From an uncultured cyanobacterium (GTDB lineage: Bacteria; Cyanobacteriota; Cyanobacteriia; Cyanobacteriales; Nostocaceae): 64,000 nt of DNA. The notes under the pieces are model-generated. The model was given only the letters and a program-made list of their open reading frames with translations, had not been told where the DNA came from and ran no database searches. Below, piece after piece: positions 39,603-50,109 of this stretch. Each line of letters opens with the position of its first letter. Position 1 is the first letter of the stretch. Both the position numbers and the translations under genes were made by a program. The stretch is taken from contig CAVUDP010000001.1 of the NCBI GenBank assembly GCA_963740315.1, positions 1,408,001-1,472,000 on the forward strand. The letters are read 5' to 3'.

Positions 39603-42600
39603 ATGCCTGATAATGCAACCAAACAAGATATCCGTTTTGCAAGTTATAATACATCTTTAAATCGCGATAGTGCGGGTAAACTAATAACCGATTTATCGAC
39701 TGCCGATAACGAACAAGCTAAAGCTGTAGCGGAAATCATTCAGCGAACAAATCCCGATGTGTTGTTACTGAATGAGTTTGATTACGATCGCAATGGAGAA
39801 GCGATCGCCAATTTCAAGAACAACTATTTAGAAGTTAGTCAAAATGGTGTTAATGCGGTAGATTATCCTTACGTTTATTTGGCACCTTCTAATACCGGCA
39901 TTGCTTCGGGATTCGACTTAAATAACGATGGTACGATTGGTACTACCGAAGGAACTTTTGATTTAGCTAATGATGCTTTTGGGTTTGGTACGTTTCCGGG
40001 TCAATATGGCATGGTACTCTTATCAAAGTATCCGATTGTAGAAGATGAAGTTCGCACTTTCCAGAATTTTCTATGGAAAGATATGCCGAATGGGTTTTTA
40101 ACTAATGATTCTAGTGACAACAAACTTGATGATTTCTACTCTTCAGAAGAAATAGATGTTTTACGTCTTTCTTCTAAAAGTCATTGGGATATTCCTGTTA
40201 ATGTTAATGGTGAAATTATTCACGTTTTAGCTTCCCATCCGACACCCCCAGTTTTTGATGGTGAAGAAGATAGAAACGGTAAGCGCAATCATGATGAAAT
40301 CCGCTTTTGGGCTGATTATATAACTCCTGGTGAAGGGGATTACATTTATGATGATAATGATAATAAAGGTGGATTAAATAGTAACGCCAAATTCGTTATT
40401 ATGGGCGATCAAAACGCCGATCCAACTGACGGTGACAGTAAAGATAATGCAATTTTACAACTTTTAGATAATCCGCAAATTAATACTTCTGTAACTCCAT
40501 CGAGTCAAGGTGGAATAGATGCAGCAAATCGTCAAGGTGGAGTTAACGAAAATCATACGGGAAATCCGGCTTTTGATACTGCTGATTTTAACGATGAGAC
40601 TTCCGGTAATCTGCGGGTAGATTATGTTTTACCTTCTCGAAATTTAAAAATTGAGGATGCGGGTGTATTCTGGACTACCGATGAAGATCCTTTATTTAAC
40701 TTAATTGGAGATTTTCCCTTCCCCAGTTCCGATCATCGTTTAGTATATACGGATATAGATTTATTATCCGTAAATATGACTAATCAAAATCGTCAATATG
40801 TTACAAATATCTCCTTTTTAGGAGAAACAAGTTTTCCGACTGGTTTAGATTTCAACGGTACCGAAGTTGGTGGACTTTCCGGGATTGCTTACGATCCAAG
40901 CAAAGGTGTTTATTACGCACTTTCCGACGATCGCAGTACAATAAATCCCGCTCGTTTTTATACTCTCGATATAAATTTAACCGACGGTAAATTAGATAGC
41001 GGTGATATCACTTTTAACGATGTCACTACTCTACAAGATGCCAGCGGAAATGCTTTTGCTGATGGTAGTTTAGATCCTGAAGGTATTGCTTTAACTCAAG
41101 GTAATTTATATATTTCTTCTGAAGGGGATGCTAGTAATGTAAATAGTCCAATTAATCCCTTCGTTAATCAGTTTTCTTTGCAAGGTAGACAACTGAGCGA
41201 ATTACCAATACCGGAAAAATTCAATGTCGGAGATAACAGCGGAATTCGTAATAATGCAGCTTTTGAAAGTTTAACAATTACTCCCAACCAACGTTATTTA
41301 TATACTGCGACTGAAAATGCTTTAATTCAAGATGGTGCAGCAGCAGATGTCGGACAGGAAAGCTTATCGCGAATTATAAAATACGATCTGACAACCGGAC
41401 AACCTGTAGGAGAGTTTGTTTACGAAGTTGGTGAAGTTGCGATCGCACCCGACTCTGAAACTGATTTTCGTACTAACGGTTTAGTTGAATTATTAGCGAC
41501 TGATAATAACGGCACTCTACTCGCTTTGGAGCGTTCTTTCACTGCTGGTAAGGGCAATACAGTAAAGCTTTATGAAGTGCAAACTCAAGGTGCTTTAGAT
41601 GTCAGCAGTCAAAATGATTTATTTCGAGAAACTCCTTTAGAAGATGATGGAGAAATTATAGCTCCCGGTGTTTTTGAAATCGATCCAGCGGTACAAAAGC
41701 GGTTATTAGTAGACTTTGCAGATTTGGGAATTGCTCCCGATAATTTGGAAGGTTTGGCTTTGGGGCCACAATTAGAAGATGGTAGTCAAAGTTTGATTGT
41801 TGTCAGCGATAATAATTTTTTACCTATACAAACAACTCAATTTATCGCTTTGGGTTTGGATTTCAAAACTACTCCCGCAGTGCTTCCACAGTTGGAAACT
41901 CCTGGTGTTGTTAACGTTGAAAATGTTGAGAATGCAATTGCTGGGGATGCTGACGATCCAGCTATTTGGGTAAATCCGAATAATTCTAGTGAAAGTATTG
42001 TTATCGGAACTTTAAAAGATGGTGGTTTAGCAACCTTTAATTTGCAAGGGGAAACTCAGCAGATAATTGCACCAGCAGAATTTGGGCAACAGCGTTTTAA
42101 CAACGTCGATATTATCTACAATTTTCCTTTGGCATCGATGATAATTGGTGCAGAATCGAAAGTTGATTTGGCAGTTGTTTCCGATCGAGCTAACGATACT
42201 TTAGCTATCTTCACTATTTCAGAAAACGGTGAACTTTCAAAGTTTCGCACACCACAATTAGATAATCCAGATTTTTCAATCTTTGGTGTAGACGACGGTG
42301 AAGCGACTGCTTACGGTTTAGCAACTTATACCAGTCCCGATAATGGTAAATCTTACGTCTTTGTTACCCAAGCGGATGGTAATAAAGTTGCTCAATTAGA
42401 ATTAACTTCTAAATTAAGTCCTGCTGACGAACAATTGATAGAAGCTGAAGTTGTTCGTACTTTAGAATTACCTTTACCCGAAGGTGGGGAAGCAGAAGAT
42501 GGACAAGCAGAAGGAATAGTAGTTGACCAAGAATTGGGTTTTCTTTACGTAGCGATGGAAGATGGTGCGGGTATCTTAAAATTCTCCGCAGCACCCGAAG

Positions 42601-44447
42601 CTGATAGTGATTTCACGGTAGTTGCAACTTCCCAAGAGCAAGCCGATTTACAAAAAGTTCCCTTTACCGACTTTATTACATTCGGCGATAGCCTTGCAGA
42701 TGTTGGTAACTTATTCCTTATTACTCAAGCAAATCCATTCACTGATGCATTTCCACCATCTCCACCTTACGATGACGGACGCTTTTCTAACGGTGAATTA
42801 GTACCCGAAATCATTGCCAAACAATTAGGTTTCTCAGCTTCCACTCCTTCCCTTGAAGGTGGAAATAATTATGCATTCGGAACTGCTGAAAGTGGTTCTG
42901 GTTTTTCCGATGAAGGTTTTCCGAATGTCGGCGAACAAATTTCAGCCTATCTGCTTGTAGATGAACCTACTGCAACTGATGTTTTCTTCATTACTGCGGG
43001 TTCAAATAATTTCTTCCCCGATATGAACGCTGAAAACACAGCGGAAAATATAGACACGCCCCTAAGCGCTTTACAAGGATTAACCGAAAATATTACCACC
43101 TTAGCCCAAGCAGGTGCAAAAAACTTTATCATTCCTAACGCTGCACCTTTGGGTACGCTTCCCTTTGCTAACGCTGCTGGAATTAACAACGCTTTAAACG
43201 CCGCATCAACTCAATTTAACACCTTACTCGATCCCAAATTAGACGAACTTGAAGGTGAACTAGGAATAAATATTATTGAGTTAGACATTGCTGGGGAATT
43301 CGCGAAAATTCTAGCTAATCCTAGCGAATTCGGGTTAACCAACGTTGTCACACCCGCTTTAAATACAACCACCGGAGCAGTAGTACCCAACCCCGACGAA
43401 TATTTCTGGTGGGATGAATTCCATCCGACTGCTGCTGCTTACAGTTTAATTGCTCGTGGTTTAGCAGACGAAATACCCGAAACTCAATTCGCAGCTACCA
43501 ACGTTTCTCCTTTAGTTCCAGATATCGAAGGTTTATCAATATATTACGGTGACGATGGAACTGGTTATCTGATTGCTAACAGTCAAGGAGATTCTTCCTA
43601 CGCTGTCTTCAGTCGTGAAGGTACAAACGAATATTTGGGTAGCTTCGTTGTTGGCGATCGCAATGGCATCGATCAGGTAAACGAAAGTGATGGTTTAGAT
43701 ATTGTTAACGTTGGTTTAGGAAGCGAATTCCCCAACGGATTATTAGTAGTACAAGATGGTGCAAACGATCCGCAAGTTGTGGTAGAAGATGAAGAAGAAT
43801 TAGAAAATGCTAGCACCAACTTTAAATTTGTTGATTGGAAAGAAGTAGCTCAAGCATTTGAAAATCCTCTTACCATAGACACCCAAAGCTATAATCCCCG
43901 CGATACTCAAGAAATTACTCCGCAAACTATCAACCCTATCAACACCAGCAACAAAGATGCAAATGGAAATGAAATAGAATTAATCAATCTTACCGCATTC
44001 GCAGGTAGAACCGTAACAGCTAGCTTTGAAATCAACCGAGAAGCAGATTACGACAACAACGTTTACTTCTACAAACTTGATAACGCTAACGGTGAAATCG
44101 GTTCCTTAGCACCTGATGCTAGCGGTTATCTACAAGCTGCATTAAACAACGTTATCAACCCAAGCCAAGCCTTAACAACCGATGACGAGCAAACCACAAC
44201 AGGAGTGCTTGAAATAACAGGTGGGGATATTTTGGGTATTGCGATCGTTGCAGATGGAACTTTAACACAAGCAGCAAGCAACTTTGAGAGCGTAGAAGGC
44301 GTTTATTTCTCTTATATTGGCGCTAACACCGATAGCGGATTTGACCATATCATATTTGAGGATGGTATGTTCAAGTTTGAAGATTTAGCTAATGGTGGAG
44401 ATAAAGACTTCAACGACATCGAAATCAAGATGGAATTTAGCGCCTGA
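39603..44447 (+). CDS. EEP phosphoesterase + phytase-like propeller + beta-propeller phytase interrupted by GDSL lipase + DUF4114-like tail
   Basis: LLNEFD, SSKSHWD, MGDQN, RVDYVLP and SDH (EEP); GGLSG, SDDR and DNLEG (phytase-like); DADDPAIW, AEGIVVD, DIEGL and SQGDS (phytase); FGDSL and WDEFHPT (GDSL); FEDLANGGDKDFND (tail). Confidence 0.9.
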   Translation: MPDNATKQDIRFASYNTSLNRDSAGKLITDLSTADNEQAKAVAEIIQRTNPDVLLLNEFDYDRNGEAIANFKNNYLEVSQNGVNAVDYPYVYLAPSNTGIASGFDLNNDGTIGTTEGTFDLANDAFGFGTFPGQYGMVLLSKYPIVEDEVRTFQNFLWKDMPNGFLTNDSSDNKLDDFYSSEEIDVLRLSSKSHWDIPVNVNGEIIHVLASHPTPPVFDGEEDRNGKRNHDEIRFWADYITPGEGDYIYDDNDNKGGLNSNAKFVIMGDQNADPTDGDSKDNAILQLLDNPQINTSVTPSSQGGIDAANRQGGVNENHTGNPAFDTADFNDETSGNLRVDYVLPSRNLKIEDAGVFWTTDEDPLFNLIGDFPFPSSDHRLVYTDIDLLSVNMTNQNRQYVTNISFLGETSFPTGLDFNGTEVGGLSGIAYDPSKGVYYALSDDRSTINPARFYTLDINLTDGKLDSGDITFNDVTTLQDASGNAFADGSLDPEGIALTQGNLYISSEGDASNVNSPINPFVNQFSLQGRQLSELPIPEKFNVGDNSGIRNNAAFESLTITPNQRYLYTATENALIQDGAAADVGQESLSRIIKYDLTTGQPVGEFVYEVGEVAIAPDSETDFRTNGLVELLATDNNGTLLALERSFTAGKGNTVKLYEVQTQGALDVSSQNDLFRETPLEDDGEIIAPGVFEIDPAVQKRLLVDFADLGIAPDNLEGLALGPQLEDGSQSLIVVSDNNFLPIQTTQFIALGLDFKTTPAVLPQLETPGVVNVENVENAIAGDADDPAIWVNPNNSSESIVIGTLKDGGLATFNLQGETQQIIAPAEFGQQRFNNVDIIYNFPLASMIIGAESKVDLAVVSDRANDTLAIFTISENGELSKFRTPQLDNPDFSIFGVDDGEATAYGLATYTSPDNGKSYVFVTQADGNKVAQLELTSKLSPADEQLIEAEVVRTLELPLPEGGEAEDGQAEGIVVDQELGFLYVAMEDGAGILKFSAAPEADSDFTVVATSQEQADLQKVPFTDFITFGDSLADVGNLFLITQANPFTDAFPPSPPYDDGRFSNGELVPEIIAKQLGFSASTPSLEGGNNYAFGTAESGSGFSDEGFPNVGEQISAYLLVDEPTATDVFFITAGSNNFFPDMNAENTAENIDTPLSALQGLTENITTLAQAGAKNFIIPNAAPLGTLPFANAAGINNALNAASTQFNTLLDPKLDELEGELGINIIELDIAGEFAKILANPSEFGLTNVVTPALNTTTGAVVPNPDEYFWWDEFHPTAAAYSLIARGLADEIPETQFAATNVSPLVPDIEGLSIYYGDDGTGYLIANSQGDSSYAVFSREGTNEYLGSFVVGDRNGIDQVNESDGLDIVNVGLGSEFPNGLLVVQDGANDPQVVVEDEEELENASTNFKFVDWKEVAQAFENPLTIDTQSYNPRDTQEITPQTINPINTSNKDANGNEIELINLTAFAGRTVTASFEINREADYDNNVYFYKLDNANGEIGSLAPDASGYLQAALNNVINPSQALTTDDEQTTTGVLEITGGDILGIAIVADGTLTQAASNFESVEGVYFSYIGANTDSGFDHIIFEDGMFKFEDLANGGDKDFNDIEIKMEFSA

Positions 44448-44487
44448 TATTAATTAGCTTATTAGGTTGACCTAAACACACAGTTTC

Positions 44488-44554
44488 AGAAACCCGGTTT
44501 CAAGAGTATTCCACAGCCAGACGATCGCGCTTTGGGTCTTATGAAACCGGGTTT
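44488..44554. repeat. AAACCCGGTTTCA/TGAAACCGGGTTT inverted repeat (possible terminator)
   Basis: 13-bp arms downstream of the phytase gene. Confidence 0.55.
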
Positions 44555-44982
44555 ATTACTTGCATAAATAGCCCAACGCCCAACTCTCAATTCCCTATCC
44601 TCAAAAATTATTCAATTTTTCCTTAACGAACAACATAAACTATGTATCAAATCTATTATTTTATTCCTATTTGTATCAAGTGCAATATAAAAAATCATAA
44701 TTAAATACAAAAGATGAAAACTATCCTTGACAAAATAAGCTCTATAATATTCATGTCGCTATAATTGCAATCAATCGGAGACAATTCACTTTATCTTTAA
44801 TGATATATCCTGTAAATTCAACGATATATACATTTAAAACTATAAAAAGCTATCATAATACAATTTACTTGCCTAAAAAGATAACATATATTAAGATTGA
44901 GTATATGTAAGGTAAAAGCTTGATTTTTTAGGTATTGACACTTCAGCAAATACCCGCAACAAAATATTATTATTTATTCAGG

Positions 44983-45012
44983 TTTAAACTTTTCTTAACC
45001 TAATTTTAAGAT
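44983..45012 (+). promoter_or_regulatory. Pho box
   Basis: TTTAAACT-ttt-CTTAACCT-aat-TTTAAGAT. Confidence 0.6.
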
Positions 45013-45258
45013 TTTAATAATTTTTATTATCTATATTGGCAACAGTCACTTTAGGCTTCTTTGTAAATACAGAAGTTAGAAGTTACAAAATATAATTTCT
45101 ATCTGAACTTTTGAGGCAATTGTTGACAACTCCTGCACTCTTGGTAAGTCAGTAAGAGAGTGCTGCGAGTAGTTGCACTCTAGGTTTTTAACGTCCGGTA
45201 AATGTAATGTAGGGCGCATCTCAACACATTTATATATCAACTAGGAGAGTTCTCTGGA

Positions 45259-48200
45259 ATGGCAACAGTTTTTATTAACGAGTTTCATTATTTAAATGCA
45301 GGTGTTGATACTAATTCATTTGTAGAAATTGCAGGTCCTGCTGGTACCGACCTCACAAATTATTCAATCGTTGCTTATAGAACTGACGGAACTATCTTCC
45401 AGCAAAAATTTTTAAGCGGCATAATCCCAATCCAATACCGGACGGCTTTGGTACAGTTTCCATTAACTTTGATGATGGTATTCCAGCATTAGGTGCGATC
45501 GCATTAGTAAATAACGATACTGTAGACCAGTTTCTCAGCTACGGTGGAAATGATAGAACTGTTACCGCTACTGTAGATCCTATTGGTGTAACAGGATTCA
45601 TTGGAGCAATCAGCAATAACATCGGTGTAGGTGAAAACGACACAACCACCCTTGCAACAGGTTCTTTACAGTTGCAGGGTACTGGTGACGATCCTTCTGA
45701 CTTTACCTGGGTGGCAGTCGATAATACTTCTACTAAGGGCAATGTTAACACTTCTCAGGACTTCACCACTTCTTTTGTTCCCGATCCCAACGACGGCACC
45801 ACAGCACCTGTATTAACAGTAACCACCAATCCTAGTGACAACGCTGAAAACGTAGCAGCAAGCACATCGATCGTCTTGGACTTCGGTCAAAACGTAACAG
45901 CAGTTCCAGATAAACTCATCACTATCACAGACGATGTTGGAAACAATTTCCAAATCGGTGCTAATTCTCCACTGGTATCTATCGATGGTAGTGTTGTTAC
46001 CATCGACCCAAGTGGTGCTAATTTTAGCAACGGTAGAGAGTACAGCGTAACAATCGAGTCTGGTGCTTTTAAAAATACCAGTGGTGAGGACATCGACGTC
46101 ATATTAGCTGCTGACGGTACCTTCAACTTCACCATAGCTCCTGATGGAGTAGGAGTTACTCCTGACACTACCGCACCTACATTAACAGGAACGCTTACTC
46201 CTGCTGACAACAGTACAGGTGTAGCAGTAGGTACAAACATCAGCTTTACCTTAAGCGAAGATGCAGTAGCAGTTGCAGGTAAGAACATCTTCATCGTAGA
46301 TGATGAAGATGAAGGTGAAGGTGGAACCGTTACCACAATCGATGCTGCTGATACTACCCAAGTAACTATTAACGGTGGAGTTGTTACCATCAACCCAACT
46401 GCTGACTTGATCAACGGTAAAGAATACACCGTAGAAATCGAGTCTGGTGCATTTACAGATGCTGCTGAAAATCCATTTAACGGTACATTAGCTACTGACG
46501 GTACCTTCAACTTCATCACAGTTGCTGAAGACACTACAGCACCTACGTTAATAGGAACCCCTACTCCTGCTAATAACGCTGAAAACGTACCAGCAAATAC
46601 AAACATCAGCTTTACCTTAAGCGAAGATGCAGTAGCAGTTGCAGGTAAATCCATCAGGATCGGAGACATAGAAATCGATGCTGCTGATACTACCCAAGTA
46701 ACTATTAACGGTGGAGTTGTTACCATCAACCCAACTGCTGACTTGATCAACAGTATAGGATACATCGTAGAAATCGAGTCTGGTGCATTCACAGATGCTG
46801 CTGGGAACCCATTCGACGGTGAATTAGCTACTGACGGTCTCTTCAACTTCATCACAGTTGCTGAAGACACTACAGCACCTACATTCACAGGAGCCACTAC
46901 TCCTGCTGACAACAGTACAGGCGTAGCAGTAGGTACAAACATCAGCTTTACCTTAAGCGAAGATGCAGTAGCAGTTCCAGGTAAGAACATCACTATTTCA
47001 AGCGATGGTGAAGACGATATCGTAATCGCTGCTGATTCTTCTCAAGTAACTACTAACGGTGGTGTTGTTACCATCAACCCAACTGCTGACTTGATGAACG
47101 GTAAAGAATATACCGTAGCAATCGAGTCTGGTGCATTTACAGATGCTGCTGGAAACGAATTCGACGGTACATTAGCTACTGACGGTACCTTCAACTTCAC
47201 CACAATTGCTGCTCCTGACACCACAGCACCTACATTCTCAGGAGCCACTACTCCTGCTGATAACGCTATGGATGTAGCAGTAGGTACAAACATCAGCTTT
47301 ACTTTAAACGAAGATGCAACACCAGTTGCAGGTAAAAACATCACCATCACAGACGAAGATGGAACCGTTACCACAATCGCTGCTGATTCTTCTCAAGTAA
47401 CTATTAACGGTGGTGTTGTTACCATCAACCCAACTGCTGACTTGATCAACGGTAAAGAATACACCGTAGCAATTGAGTCTGGTGCATTCACAGATGCTGC
47501 TGGGAACGAATTCAACGGTGAATTAGCTACTGACGGTGCTTTCAACTTCACCACAATTGCTGCTCCTGACACCACAGCACCTACATTCTCAGGAACGCTT
47601 ACTCCTGCTGACAACAGTACAGGTGTAGCAGTAGGTACAAACATCAGCTTTACCTTAAGCGAAGATGCAGTAGCAGTTGCAGGTAAGAACATCACTATTT
47701 CAAGCGATGGTGAAGACGATATCGTAATCGCTGCTGATTCTTCTCAAGTAACTATCAACGGTGGTTTAGTTACCATCAACCCAACTGCTGACTTGATGAA
47801 CGGTAAAGAGTACACCGTAGAAATCGAGTCTGGTGCATTTACAGATGCTGCTGGGAACGAATTCGACGGTGATTTAGGTGATGATGATGGTTTCAACTTC
47901 ACCACAATTGCTGCTCCTGTCACTACTCCCGACGACACCGACGCACCTACATTCTTAGGAACCCTTACTCCTGCTGACAACAGTACAGGCGTAGCAGTAG
48001 GTACAAACATCAGCTTTACCTTGAACGAAGATGTAAAAGCAGTTGCAGGTAAATTCATCATCATCAGTGAAGGTGAAGACAGTTTCCGAATCGCTGCTGA
48101 TGATTCTTCTCAAGTAACTATCGCTGGTGGTGTTGTTACCATCAACCCATCTTTTAATTTGATGAACGGTAAAGATTACACCGTTGAAATCGAATCTGGT

Positions 48201-48839
48201 GCATTTACGGATGATGCTGGGAACCCATTTAACGGCGAATTAGTTGATGGTGAAGATTATAACTTCACCACAGTTGCTGCTGCTGTAACTCCTCCACCTA
48301 CCCCCGATCCCATCACTCCTGTTTCCCCAGGCAGCACCATCGGCACCGTTACCGAGGGCAACAACGTGATGGAAGTAATCGATCTTAGAAGATTCGCAGG
48401 TGAAACCGTAACAGCTACCTACGAAATCAGTAGAGAAGCAAATTACGACAACAACATTTACTTCTATAAAGTTGATAGTGCTGACGGTAGTATTGATGGT
48501 ATAGCAACCGATGAAGAAGGCTACCTCGCAAAAGCTTTAGGCAATATTGTTAATACTGGAATCACAGCTGACGACGATGCTAACGACGTAGCTGGAAGCT
48601 TCACTCTACAAGGTGGAGACATCTTGGGTATTGCCTTCGTTGCAGACGGTACTTTATTACAAGCGACAAGCAACCTTGATAGCGTCGAAGGTGTATACCT
48701 CTCTTTCATGGGCGCTAACACCGACAACGGTACCTTCGATCACGTTAAGTTTGAGAACGGTATGTTCAAGTTTGAAGACTTGGCTAACGGTGGCGACAAA
48801 GATTTCAACGACATCGAACTGAAGATTGACTTTGCTTAA
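45259..48839 (+). CDS. Frameshifted surface/stalk protein: lamin-tail-like N-domain + 7 Ig-like (SbsA/Big_5-type) repeats + DUF4114-like tail
   Basis: MATVFINEFHY..FVEIAGPAGTDL continues after a shift near 45427-45440 as DGFGTVS...QFLSYGG...GSLQLQGTG into ORF 45672-48839. Repeats DTTAP...TPADN...VTINPTADL..GKEYTV.IESGAFTDAAGN. RBS aggaga upstream. Confidence 0.85.
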
Positions 48840-48880
48840 TTAATTTGTTTCCTGGCTGCGGTTGGGAAACGGGTTAGTTA

Positions 48881-48916
48881 AAAAAAAGCATCTGGTAAAT
48901 TTACCGGGTGCTTTTT
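48881..48916 (+). terminator. Bidirectional-type terminator
   Basis: aaaaagcatctggtaa-at-ttaccgggtgcttttt. Confidence 0.75.
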
Positions 48917-49164
48917 ATCATCTCCTCAAACAAAAGTAGCGACAGTAGCTAGATTATCCTAAAAGAAAAAACTACTATACTTAAAAAGCAATAATTTCAA
49001 GCAAACAAAGAATAAACAATACAGCTTATTTACCTAAGTAATTATATTAAAAAAAGTGCTTGTAATAGGCGAGCTATTTATCCAAGTTTTACTTCAACAA
49101 ATTACAAAATAGCTATTAATTCGTAATTTATAGTTAATTTCCGCTTGTTTTTTCTTCACTATAT

Positions 49165-49353
49165 GCCAATGGTAGCTTCACGGATGCCCTCAACAACAAC
49201 GCAAAAGTATACTTCGCATATCAAGGCGCAAACACCGATAATTTCGACCATATTCGTCTACTAAATGACAACACCTTTGGTTTTGAAGACTTATACAACG
49301 GTGGCGACAGAGACTACAACGATTTAATTATCAAGATGGAATTTACCGTTTAA
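49165..49353 (+). pseudogene. Orphan DUF4114-like tail 1
   Basis: ANGSFTDALNNNAKVYFAYQGANTDNFDHIRLLNDNTFGFEDLYNGGDRDYNDLIIKMEFTV*. In-frame stop at 49135-49137 and no upstream ATG/GTG/TTG start. Confidence 0.85.
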
Positions 49354-49560
49354 AAACAAAGGTTGGTAGAAAAAGCTTTAGCCCCTCCGGATTGGGGAAC
49401 CGATGCCCTTACTACGAACCCATCAAAATTAATGTGGCAGAGTACCAGATGCTCGCTGGTTGTAACCACAAACCCAGACGCGAAAACCTCTCATAATTTA
49501 TGTGGTGAAGAGTAATAACAAATTACAAATTATATAAACAAAATTATCATACTAACACTC

Positions 49561-49720
49561 AATAATCCCACTGTTTACTTCCCCTGCCTCGGAACAATTA
49601 CCGATGGCGTTGACTGCCTAAAGGTTACTGGCAGATAATACCCTGAGTTTTGAGGATTTAGCTAATGGTGGCTTTGAATACTATAACGACCATTATGTCA
49701 AGGATAATTTTACGGTTTAA
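49561..49720 (+). pseudogene. Orphan DUF4114-like tail 2 (more decayed)
   Basis: NNPTVYFPCLGTITDGVDCL/(shift)RLLADNTLSFEDLANGGFEYYNDHYVKDNFTV*. Confidence 0.75.
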
Positions 49721-50109
49721 ATAATTGCGATCGATTGTTTAATCATCTATAGAGGCGGGTTGTTAAACCAGATCGATTTCTATTAGAGTCGAAAAAACTG
49801 GCTCTCAATTTTTAACAGCGGTTAAACTATTAAAGATGGTTAATTATATGTATAGTAGCAAAGATTACGTATGTCTCAAATGTACTTTGGCAAACATCAG
49901 ATTTTATTACTACTATGTTTTTCAGTAATTCCCCGAATAGCATATGTTTCCATATCTAGGTATTAATAACAGTCAGCAGCTATTAGTAAAATTAACCAAA
50001 TGTTGTCTTTTATGCTTTATTAACCGGCATCACAACCTGTTAATAACTTTATAGACATACTTTGATTGAAGCAATTTATCACAGCGGCAACCTGAATGAT
50101 ACTAATATT

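Noticed and set aside
45887..48064. Long minus-strand ORFs (368, 110, 100 and 106 aa)
   Set aside because: Antisense shadows of the biased, repetitive Ig-repeat gene.
49138..49720. Orphan tails as DGR template repeats
   Set aside because: There is no reverse transcriptase in the window, and differences from intact tails are not adenine-specific.
49811..50050. Pho box for the T1SS operon
   Set aside because: TTAAC-type half sites are present (49991, 50019) but the spacing is off the 11-bp register, so it was not called.
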